64,000 bases of DNA from Mytilus trossulus (Eukaryota): contig NC_086379.1 of NCBI RefSeq assembly GCF_036588685.1, positions 84,072,001-84,136,000 on the forward strand, read 5' to 3'. Position 1 is the first letter of the stretch. Each line of letters starts with the position of its first letter. This document shows, one piece after another, positions 13,032-23,267 of the stretch. The notes under the pieces are model-generated. The model searched no databases, was not told where the DNA came from, and saw nothing but the letters and a program-made list of their open reading frames with translations. Position numbers and translations under genes: made by a program.

Positions 13032-16000
13032 TTGCCAGTGTACCCACAACAACAGTTGTACAATAACAGTCCACACACTCAGTTTCAGGATCAACGCAGT
13101 ATGTCTAGTATTACGAGCTGCTCAAATAGTGATTCAGATTCATCTAGTTCTACATCAGGGGTAGTGTATCGTCGGAGTCGTCATAAGAGTAGAAGCCACA
13201 AAACACACTCTGGACTCAGTATATCAAGCAGACATGTTTTACCAGTGGAGGAGGAGGCTAGTGAACACTCATCGCCACACCGAAAAAATTCAGGCAAGAA
13301 GCATGACAAAAAGAGGTCAGACAGACATGGTCAGTCGGAAACGGATGGTCACCATTCCTCAAGCAACCGTCATAGAGCGAAGCCAGCTCCAATGCAACAG
13401 GACAAGAAATTTTTCTTTTCGGTGCCCAAGAACCTTAAGTACACAGGGAAAGGCAACTGGAAGGCATTTTACACAAAGTTCACCGGGTACGCTGAGGCTG
13501 CTGGTTGGACGGACAAACAAAAACGAGAACAGCTTTGTTGGTGCTTGGAGGACAAAGCTAGTGATTTTTATACAGTGCTACTTGAATCCAACAAAGACAT
13601 TGCTTTTAGTGCAGTAGTGACTAAAATGGTGAAACGCTTCGGTTTTCAAGAACCACAAGAAACTTCACAGATACAGTTTCAGACTATAACCCAAAAGAAA
13701 GAGGAATCCCTGGAGGATTGGGCGGATCGTGTATTATCCCTGGCGACACAATCCTTCAAAGACCTCTCTGAAGAGTACATGACAAAACAAACAGTAATGA
13801 AATTTTGTCAAGGTTGCAACGACCCAGAGGCTGGACAACACGCATGTGGGTTTAAACCAGTATCGGTTGAAAATGCAATTGATATAATTAAGTGGTATCA
13901 GCATTCAAGAAAGGCTGTGCAAGCCCATATTGCTCAAGGAAAAACACATGAAGTCAAACAGGCGTCAGCTCCAACACCAACAGCACAAGTTAGTGACACA
14001 CCATCAGTGCACGATGTAGGCTCATCTAAACCAAACATAGACACACGAGTATCTCAAATGGAGCAACAGCTTCGTCAACAACGAGAAGAGCAACAACAGA
14101 GCATGCAACAGATGCAAAGCCTACTGTCCTCAATGGCTACACTTACAGAGGAAATGCGACATTCAAACAGATCTAGTGGTACTTCGCCCAGTCGGGACTA
14201 TAGATCAGATAATACCTCACGTGGACGTGGTCAAGGTAGAAGAGATGGTTATAATAATCGTGCTGGTAACCGCAGGTCACAAACCCCAGACGGGGCATGT
14301 TTTTATTGTCATGAAATAGGACATTTCAAAAGAGATTGCCCAAAGTTAAATAACTCACCTGGCAGCAAACCGCCAACTCAGAATAAGCAAACAGAACGCA
14401 AATCAGTTACAATGAATGTGCCAGAGGACAAAGCTACAGAGGGACCATCTAATGGGTTTACTGTGGTAGGAACAATTGGGACTGATCAACTGTTGAGAGT
14501 AAAGGTACAAATCCAGGACAAGCTAGTAACTGCATTGATTGATACGGGCTCAGAGGTTAACATAATGCAGGACAAAGTTTTTGATTCTCTGAAAGAAAAA
14601 CCTTATGTCATTAAAAAGACACTTATGCATGGAGCAGGCCGAGAAATGCAGATGACCTGCAGAATTACTAATCCTACTCTGTTTAGTATACAGGACCTAC
14701 TTTTCAATCACAACTTATATATCGCTCCAATTGACTGTGAGATGCTACTGGGCCATGACTTCTTAGCTAGTAATAATGTTATTCTCAACATTGGTCAAGG
14801 ATACATGTCCATCAACGACAAGACAGTTAAGCTAGTCTTAGGAGGAGAGATACCATCTGCTCAACCCTCAGTCAGCAGAATTACAATACCAAGCTCGGAA
14901 GTAGTCCCACCTAACTCAGTAATGCGAATGAATTGTACAGTACCAGTACAGGATAATGATTTTGTGATAGAACCAAACTCGAAGACTACACTCTTGATTC
15001 CAAGGTCCGTTTGTGCTAAAGGACAAAGTCCTGTTGTTTGTTTTATGAATGTGACGGACAACCCTGTCCGACTCCATGGTGGAACAGAAGTAGCTGAGGC
15101 ACATGCTGTGACCATAATTGAATCTATGGATGACCCTCAAGAGCTAAGTGTTGGTACTTGTTCAACCAGTAAACAGGGTACCAGTCAAAAGGGTACACCA
15201 CCTAAACAAGAGGACCTCCCAGATCATCTCCAAGAACTCTTTACTACATCCAGTCAGGATTTGACATCAGATCAGAAATCAAAACTGAGATCTTTGCTTT
15301 ACACGTACAGTGATGTTTTTGCAAGGACAGAGTTTGACCTTGGTAATTTTAGTCATGTAGAACATGAAATTGATACTGGCGATGCCAGGCCTATTCAGCT
15401 CCGTATGCGGAGAACACCAGCTTGTTTTGTTCAAGAGGAGGAGGCGCACCTCCAGAAAATGTTAGATGCCGGAGTTATACAACCTTCAACATCAGAATGG
15501 GCTTCAGCACCAGTGCTTATAAGGAAGAAAGATGGCGGGGTACGCTGGTGCATTGATTTCCGGAGGCTAAACTCAGTCACATCACGTGATTTATTTCTTC
15601 TGCCCCTGATAGACGAATGTCTGGATACTTTGGCTGGACACATATGGTATTCCAAACTGGACGCTAATAGCGCATATTGGCAAATAAAGATCAAGCCAGA
15701 GGACCGTAAGAAAACTGCATTTGTCACCAAATATGGATTGTTTGAGTGCGTCAAGATGGCATTTGGACTTTGCAACGCACCAGGTACCTATGCCAGAGTA
15801 ATGAACCTGGTACTCAGAGGTTTAACGTGGAAAACTGTTTTGGCTTTCCTTGATGATATATTGGTTCTACGACCATCTTTTGATGAACATCTCACTAACC
15901 TACAGAATGTATTTGCCAGATTTAGAGAGTATGGACTTAGACTAAAGCCTAAGAATTGTGCTTTATTCAGAACCAATGTGGAACTTTTAGGCAGGAGTGT

Positions 16001-18672
16001 CAGTAACCAGGGCCTCCAAATAGGTCAGCAACATTTGCAACCAGTTAGTGGTTGGGTTGTGCCTACTAGCACAATGGAAGTTGAACAATTCCTGGGATTT
16101 GTGAACTACTACCGTTCATTTATCAAGGACTATGCCAAAATATCTGCTCCACTATATGAAGTGACAGGAAAAAAATTGTTTTCATGGAACCATGAACGTC
16201 AACTTGCATTTCAGACGTTAAAAGACAACTTGTTATCTGCACCAGTACTTACTTTGCATAACAACAAGGATTATTTCACCCTGGATACAGACGCCTCCCA
16301 AAATGCAATAGGCGCAGAACTCATTCAGGTGCAAGATGGAGAGGAACGGACCATAGTATATGGTAGCTTTGTACTATGGGCCGAACAAAAACGTTATTGC
16401 ACAACTAGGAAGGAGTTGTTGGCAGTAATTAGATTTACTAGACAGTTCAGACACTACCTTCTGGGAAGACAATTCACTGTGAGGACAGACCATAGTAGTT
16501 TGACATGGCTTGTCAATTTCAAAGAGCCCCAGGGGCAATTAGTTAGATGGTTGGAAGAGCTCAGCCAATATGACCTGGTCATAAAGCATAGGCCTGGTAA
16601 ACAACACATTGCTGCAGATGTCTTGTCTCGTCTCCCGGATAGGTTAAAAGAATGTCCACATTATACTACAGACACCATACCGGCAAGTTTACCTTGCAAG
16701 GGCTGTAATTACTGCCAGCGAGCACATCAAAGTTGGGCACAGATCTTATGTGATGTAGATGAAGCAGTACCACTGGCTAGAAAAAGAAAGCAAAAGCCAA
16801 GATTACTTAAAAGAGTAGCAACAGCAATGATGATGTTATTTGAAACTCCAGAACAGGTTTCAACCTTGGAACAACCTGCAGTACCAGTTGAATCTGCAGT
16901 TACTGACGACTGTTGTTACACTAGCAGCTTAAACTTAATTGAGCCACTAGCAAGCCAGTCATCTGAGGAATGTGATTTACCACCATTCAGTACAAGTATA
17001 GAATTGATTTTTACTCCATCAACGGTAAGAATTGTAATGGATGACTCTTCTGATTGTGTCGTAGCAGCAATCGCACAAGAAGAGGGCATAACCATCTCAG
17101 GTTTCAGTGAAGAGGATATAAAAACAGGCCAAGAGAGTGATCTAGACTTGATGTTTATCCTCCCGTATTTAAAAGATGGCTGTGAACCACTATCCAATGA
17201 TTTGTTCCTGGCACCACCAGCAGCCAAGAGTCACTGGATAAATAAAGAAAGATTTTTCTTAGACAATGGTATTTTAAAGAGTCAACCCAAAACAGAGGGA
17301 GCCAATACAAGACTTGTTGTACTCGCTTCTTTAAGACAAACAGTAATGGAGCTCTGTCATGAACTGCCTAGTGCAGGACATCAAGGTGTATCAAGGACCA
17401 TGTCCAAGATAAAGGACAAATATCACTGGTATAACATGACCAAAGACATTAACTTGTTTGTACTTAGTTGTGATACTTGCAACAAGAACAAGAAAGCGAG
17501 CAGACATAGTAAATGTCCTCTGACCAAGTACCATGCTGGGTACCCTATGGAAAGAGTCCACATAGATTTTATGGGCCCTTTGCCAAAGACGAAACAAAAC
17601 AATGAACATATTTTAATGATGACAGACCAATTCACCAAGTGGACGGAATGTATACCACTACCGTCACAAACGGCGGAAGTAACTGCTCAGGCTGCCATTA
17701 ATGAGTTTTTTTTACAAGATTTGGCTATCCATTCCAGCTATTCTCAGATCAGGGACGTAACTTTGAGAGCGCACTCCTTAAAGCAGTATGTGATTTGCTG
17801 CAAATTCATAAGGCGAGAACGACCCCATATCGTCCTCAGTCAAATGGACAGGTTGAGAGACAGAACCGCAGTCTCATGGATGCAGTCAGATGCTTTGTTG
17901 ATTCACAACAAGAAAGCTGGGATCAACATATTGCTCAACTAGGGGGAGCCATGAGATCTAGTGTCAACAGGAGTACAGGGTATATACCAAACAAGCTAAT
18001 GCTGGGCAGGGGAACCAATCAGCCAGCAGACCTTATGTTCGGCAGTCAGAGCGAAAGGAAGTATGAGGGTGCTGATAGCTATATAATAGACCTTGAAAAA
18101 GCTATTAAAAGTGCGCATACCATTGCTCGGGATAAGCTCAAGACTTCCCAGGAGAGAATGAAGAGAGACTATGACCTAAGGGTCTTAGAAAAATCGTACC
18201 AGCCGGGGGATCTTGTGTATGTTTTAGACACTGCCCAAATTAAGGGTAAATGTAAAAAATTAGGGTCACCATGGAAAGGGCAAGGCATTGTAATTAGTAA
18301 GGTTACCGGTACGTGTACAAGGTGAAACTCCAACGGGTGATTTTTAACACTAATCATGACCGACTCAAGCCATGTGGGGATAGGAAGATTCCTGCTTGGT
18401 TGGAGACGTGTAGGGACAAATTTAAACAAGGTATTGATGTCTTGGCAGGCAATAAGACCAAGCCTACAACCCCTCAGTACTGTGTGTGTCGGGGCCCAGA
18501 CACGGGTGAGACAATGGTCCAATGTGATTATTGTAGGGAATGGTTCCATTTAACCTGCATAGGTATGTCAATCCAAGAGGCCAATGAGATAGATCTCTAC
18601 ATTTGCCCAAACTGCCAACTTGTCCGTCCTACTCCACCCTCAAAAGATAAAAAAGGGGGAGAAAATGAGTAG
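13032..18672 (+). pseudogene. pol: Gag-Pol polyprotein: capsid-like region, CCHC knuckle, aspartic protease, RT, RNase H, integrase, PHD finger; two frameshifts in the integrase region
   Basis: CFYCHEIGHFKRDC (14298-14339); LIDTGS (~14541); RWCIDFRRLN and FLDD (~15846); DTDAS and RTDH; integrase H-x6-H...CDTC, HIDFMGP, then SDQGRNFES and YRPQSNGQVER after a frameshift in a T8 run (17706-17713); second frameshift at ~18310; stop TAG at 18670-18672. Confidence 0.95.
18478..18615 (+). other. PHD finger (C4HC3) at the integrase C-terminus
   Basis: YCVCRGPDTGETMVQCDYCREWFHLTCIGMSIQEANEIDLYICPNC has all 8 zinc ligands at canonical spacing. Confidence 0.93.
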
Positions 18673-18772
18673 GTAACCATATTGTGTAAATAGTCAGTTT
18701 AATTATTGTGTATTAGATACGTAAATTGTCAGTTTAACTAATGTTTGTTTATTTTTTTTCATATTTTTCAGA

Positions 18773-19693
18773 ATGTCAGACTCAGAATCATTCAGGTCTT
18801 GCTCCAGCGAGGGCAGTGAAGATGAGGAAAGGTCTTGGAGGCCAAGTAGTTGTAACTCCCAGCCGGGAGTGGGCATTCAGCCATTTGATACCACAATCTT
18901 GGATGAAGCCAACCACAGGAGAAGGGTCAGGAGGGAAGTACCTGGCCAGGAAGGACCTGTAGAGGATCCCACAGTACTGCCGGAGGTACCAGCAATACCC
19001 CAAGTAAGTGAGTTAAAGGAACAGGAGGAATCTGTACAGGAACCTGGAGAGTCACTTCCTACTCCAAAGGAGCCTGCAGCCGCTCAGGAGGAAGCAGTCA
19101 AGGAAGTCGACCTTATGGCTTTCAAGAAGGTCATTCCAGAGGCTTGGAAGGGGAAGAAGCACCTGGTATGGACAGGACCATACAGTGGGTTCAAGGAAAG
19201 AACCTGGAGACTGAGTGACAGGGATGTCGCGTGCCCTGTCCCAGACTGTCCGGTGATAACCAGGCACTTGAGAGAACATGCCCTAGCTGACCACTTGTCA
19301 GGGATGTTCGGCAGTAAGTTCTCCCAACAGATCTTGCAGGACAGAGAGTTCCAGCATTTCAGAGGCCAGATGGTCATTCTCATTGCCAGATGGTTGACGG
19401 GGAGAGAGGATGTTACAGCCTCTGAGTTTGTATCATGGCTCCAGCGACGAGCCGGCATCCCAGACGGAGTTAGGATTCAGGGAATTGATATGCCCCCGCT
19501 CCGGGCTGTCTGTTCTGCTATGAAATGGCCACAGCGCAGGGTGTATACGATCCACCCATTTAATAGTCCAGTGGTTGTGCTGTATTGGAGGGTGATGTTG
19601 TCCCTTATTAGACATCTCAGCATGGCAAACAGAATAACCATTGCCATGGACGAATACACCGGGAACAACGGTCCCACTTATGACCTAGTCTAA
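18773..19693 (+). CDS. Retrotransposon ORF3, unknown soluble protein (acidic N-terminus, CPVPDC...HLREHALADH zinc-finger-like motif)
   Basis: 306-aa GC-rich ORF inside the element, directly after a branch point, polypyrimidine tract and CAG acceptor (18738-18771). No evident signal peptide or transmembrane helix. Confidence 0.75.
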   Translation: MSDSESFRSCSSEGSEDEERSWRPSSCNSQPGVGIQPFDTTILDEANHRRRVRREVPGQEGPVEDPTVLPEVPAIPQVSELKEQEESVQEPGESLPTPKEPAAAQEEAVKEVDLMAFKKVIPEAWKGKKHLVWTGPYSGFKERTWRLSDRDVACPVPDCPVITRHLREHALADHLSGMFGSKFSQQILQDREFQHFRGQMVILIARWLTGREDVTASEFVSWLQRRAGIPDGVRIQGIDMPPLRAVCSAMKWPQRRVYTIHPFNSPVVVLYWRVMLSLIRHLSMANRITIAMDEYTGNNGPTYDLV

Positions 19694-19696
19694 CAG

Positions 19697-20113
19697 ATGA
19701 ACTGGAAGTTCATGGCAGCTAAAGTTGTGGCAGAGCCCGCCGTGGCTAAGTCCACAACCAGAGTGCCAGCGACAGAGACAAGCTGTAGCTCTAGCTCTGT
19801 GGATGTCCCACAAGTGACACAGCCATTGCAGTCAGTGCCCCAGAGGGAGGAGGAAGAGATGGTCACTCCACCAGTGGAGGAGCCAGTAGCCGTGGCAACC
19901 AAGCCAGAGGAATCATTGGTGGTTCTAGTGTACCACAACACTAGGAAGTTGGTTGGGGTAACATCTGTTGCTAGTGCTGTTGCTCAGGCTAGGGAGGTGT
20001 TTGACCTGGAAGACCAGGAGGTCGTGCTCACCTACCTGGGAGCGGAGCTGACCAGCTCAGTAAGGATGGAGTTGTTGCCAGCCATGGCAGAACTGACAGT
20101 AACACGCAAATGA
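19697..20113 (+). CDS. Retrotransposon ORF4 or C-terminal continuation of ORF3; last ~65 aa resemble a ubiquitin-like (CIDE-N/PB1-type) beta-grasp domain
   Basis: Same frame as ORF3, separated only by TAA-CAG; motif RKLVGVTSVASAVAQAREVFDL...VVLTYLGAEL...LLPAMAELTV. Confidence 0.6.
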   Translation: MNWKFMAAKVVAEPAVAKSTTRVPATETSCSSSSVDVPQVTQPLQSVPQREEEEMVTPPVEEPVAVATKPEESLVVLVYHNTRKLVGVTSVASAVAQAREVFDLEDQEVVLTYLGAELTSSVRMELLPAMAELTVTRK

Positions 20114-20782
20114 GCCATATATGAGATACGTGGATGATATTCTGGACTCTTTTTGGTTTTGGCTTAGCCTCCGCTTCCTGTCTGGAAGCTGTACTCCCCA
20201 GGATTTGAAAACCAGGCCAGTGTATAAATTGTAAAATAGTAGATTAGTGTTGGACATTTTTACATATCGCCATATTGAAGAACGGTATTGGTGTATACAT
20301 TGTTTTTTATGGTCATGGTTTTCACTTTTTGTTCCATGCTGGAACGGGTGCTTAGTAGATTTAGTAGAATAGCAGGTAGTTTAGATTAATTTGAAATTCA
20401 AGGGTAGCTTAATGAACTGACAGAAATAGAGATCTTTGTAAATTTTTGATTATTTGTAGTAGATTTAGTTTTTGTGTATTTTAGAGATATGTGATTCAGA
20501 ATTAGGACAATTCTAAATCGTAGCTCCGAGTAACTGACATGGATTTTTTTTTTTTATTGTCTTAGGCAAATAGTTCAGTGATTTATTTTTTAAATGTCAT
20601 GTTTTAAGGGAAAAGATAAAATTTCAATAGAGACCCAATAGCCAGGGAACAGGGGGGGGGGGGGTGGATTTTAGAAATAACCCATTCGTTGGTTAGGTAA
20701 TTAACTTAGTATTTTGAATTAAAGGCATAAGGGGCGTCTTCAGTTGTCAGGCCTTTGTCAGAACTTATAGTTCCTCCTTTTT

Positions 20783-20795
20783 AGGAAGGAGGGGG
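20783..20795 (+). promoter_or_regulatory. Polypurine tract
   Basis: AGGAAGGAGGGGG abuts the 3' LTR. Confidence 0.9.
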
Positions 20796-21115
20796 TGTTG
20801 TATCTTTACCCTAAGCCCCGGGTTCTCCCTATTAGGGGTAGACAACTGATACCATTCTCCCTGCCAGGAGTAGACGATGGACACCAATGGGCCTCTGGTT
20901 GGATACAGCGGATGTCAGAGCCTGCGCACGCCTGCAGCGCCCTCTTCACCTTATGGTCAACAATACGTTAGACGCAATATAACGAAGACACAGTAACAAC
21001 GCCCGAGTTATAGATAATTACATAATATTTAAGCCTAAGTACTTCTTATATGTATAAAGTCCAGGTCAGGTCCTTTCAAGGGAAATAGTCTTTCCCCAAG
21101 ACGAACACCACATTA
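20796..21115 (+). repeat. 3' LTR
   Basis: Direct repeat of 10316-10635. Confidence 0.95.
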
Positions 21116-21892
21116 ATATGTATACTGCTCTCAGCTCCCTACATGTAATTTCTATTGTGTATGTAATTCAGGTTTATCATCTAATTGTAACAAGACATGT
21201 TGTATCAACAGGTTAATTTTATAAACAAAAATTTACTCACCATAACTTTGAAATAAAACCTTTTTGGAAATCAAAAATCATTAAATAATACATTTTTTTA
21301 TGATTGAACTACTGTAACACATCTCTTTAACAAATCGCACGTGGTAAATGATCACATGACCAGAATTTAAATGTAATTGAAATTAACATAACAAAAGACT
21401 TGATGTACGGTAACTATGATACTTCTTAATAAATACAGGTAGCTTTTGTGAGAAATAAATAAAGATACAAAACATACTTTATTTAAAAAAATATATGGGG
21501 AGAGGTAAAGATATATAGATCGATAATGATTGCAGGTACATGTACATTTGTACAAGGACAGATAATATTTTTAAAGGTTGATGTTAATAATTTATAGTGG
21601 GGTGTTTTTTTTTCTCATTTGATTTTTCCCCGACAAATGAGACTGTAACAATTGGGGCCCCCTTAGTTGCTCCCCTGGGCAACTGAGGGTTGATGTAACA
21701 GGCGATTGTTAATAAAATATGTTTTATATAAAAAAAAAAAAAGAAGAAATGTGCATGTACTATTTGGGGGAAAATAAAAACAAAATAAGGTAAGTACATG
21801 TATATACAAATCGCAAGAAATATTCTATTTGCATACCAAATTTTGATAAACAGTAGTTGAAAGTGAAATAACAAGACAAAAAAAACTTAAAA

Positions 21893-22130
21893 AAAAATCA
21901 AAATGAATAGTCCATTAAACCATGGCAAAATTAAAAATCAAAATGAATAGTCCATTAAACCATGGCAAAATTAAAAATCAAAATGAATAGTCCATTAAAC
22001 CATGGCAAAATGAATAGTCCATTAAACCATGGCAAAATGAATAGTCCATTAAACCATGGCAAAATGAATAGTCCATTAAACCATGGCAAAATGAATAGTC
22101 CATTAAACCATGGCAAAATTAAAAATCAAA
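21893..22130. repeat. Short tandem array of 27/39-bp units (AAAATGAATAGTCCATTAAACCATGGC)
   Basis: 7 copies of the core. Confidence 0.9.
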
Positions 22131-23267
22131 AGCATCAAACGAACTATAAAAAACGATTTGTTTGTAGAAGCTTTCTCACTGGAAACACAATGGTGTTACT
22201 AATCTGGTGACATACATTTTCTTATTCTAAGTTTATGTGTCAATTATTACTCATGCCAAGTATTTCTTTATTTAAAACAAGAATAAGTTAACGGACACGC
22301 AACGGATATGAACGGAAGTCTAACGGATAAGAACGGACGTCCAACGGACATGAACGGATTGAAAAAAAGTTATCCGTTAGACGTCCGTTCGAGCTATCCG
22401 GTAAGGTGTGACCGAGGCTTAACGCAAACTCCAAAAATAAATAGATGAATGATGGATGTATGAAATACCGAGATACGTCTCATAGCTATGCAAATTCAAA
22501 CTCGGTATAACAGTGATTTTCGGGAATAGGTCACGTTGTGTACTTAACAGACATACAACATATATGTTCAACCACAAGGTAAGACATGGTAAACATTAGT
22601 TTAGACACAAACACATCGTATAAATCAACTAATTCGTGATCGTCAGAATTACGAGATAATTTATACTCTGAAACATTCGTGCCACGGATGTAATGTTTCA
22701 CGCACCTCTGTCGTTTACAAAGAGACATTTCTATATCGTATTGCTATCTTTTATATCTAAACAGGTCATTTTGATAAAAATTTACATTAGCACTTGTCTT
22801 CACAAATCATAACGTCAAACTGTTCAATTTGTTTCCGTGTGACCTTTTTTTGTTTTTAAGATTTGAAAAATGCGAGTCCTTTAAAAAGAGGAAAATCATC
22901 CCAGCAAGAAAGAATCAAATTAAGTGTTTAGTTCATTTTTAATTGTTTAAAACATGAACTTTTAACCAAGGTACTAAGTTTTTATTTTAATTAGGCTAAC
23001 CAAATGGAAGGTTTTCGAGAATCAATGGTAATCATGGGCATGTTCTTTTAAAGTTTTTTTCATATCTGAATTCCGATCAGGTCTTTATTTGCGTTAACGA
23101 TACTTGGCGTAATCTGAACGAAACAGAGCATTATGAGTTGCACGAATGTCTTTCACAAAAATTTATTCTTGTGGATCTGGTTTCAAATTTATTCTTTTGC
23201 TAGTTAGTCTTAGAGTAATATCGTCCTGAACATGCATGAAATAATTCCACTGGACGTTAAACAAACA

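Larger units (their letters stand above)
10316..21115 (+). mobile_element. Full-length Ty3/Gypsy LTR retrotransposon (10.8 kb), mildly decayed, with PHD-finger integrase and extra 3' ORFs
   Basis: Two 320-bp direct repeats; ATAT on both flanks (10312-10315, 21116-21119); PBS after the 5' LTR; polypurine tract before the 3' LTR; Gypsy domain order gag-PR-RT-RH-IN. Confidence 0.97.

Noticed and set aside
17700-17720. T8 run as a programmed ribosomal frameshift
   Set aside because: It falls in the middle of the integrase core; a mutation or homopolymer sequencing error is more plausible.
14861-19941. Numerous antisense ORFs within the Gypsy element
   Set aside because: Shadow frames of GC-richer coding sequence with no recognisable motifs.
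18773-20113. ORF3 as an envelope (env) gene
   Set aside because: No signal peptide, transmembrane segment or glycoprotein features.
21962-22210. 82-aa ORF (MNSPLNHGK)n
   Set aside because: Artefact of a tandem repeat.
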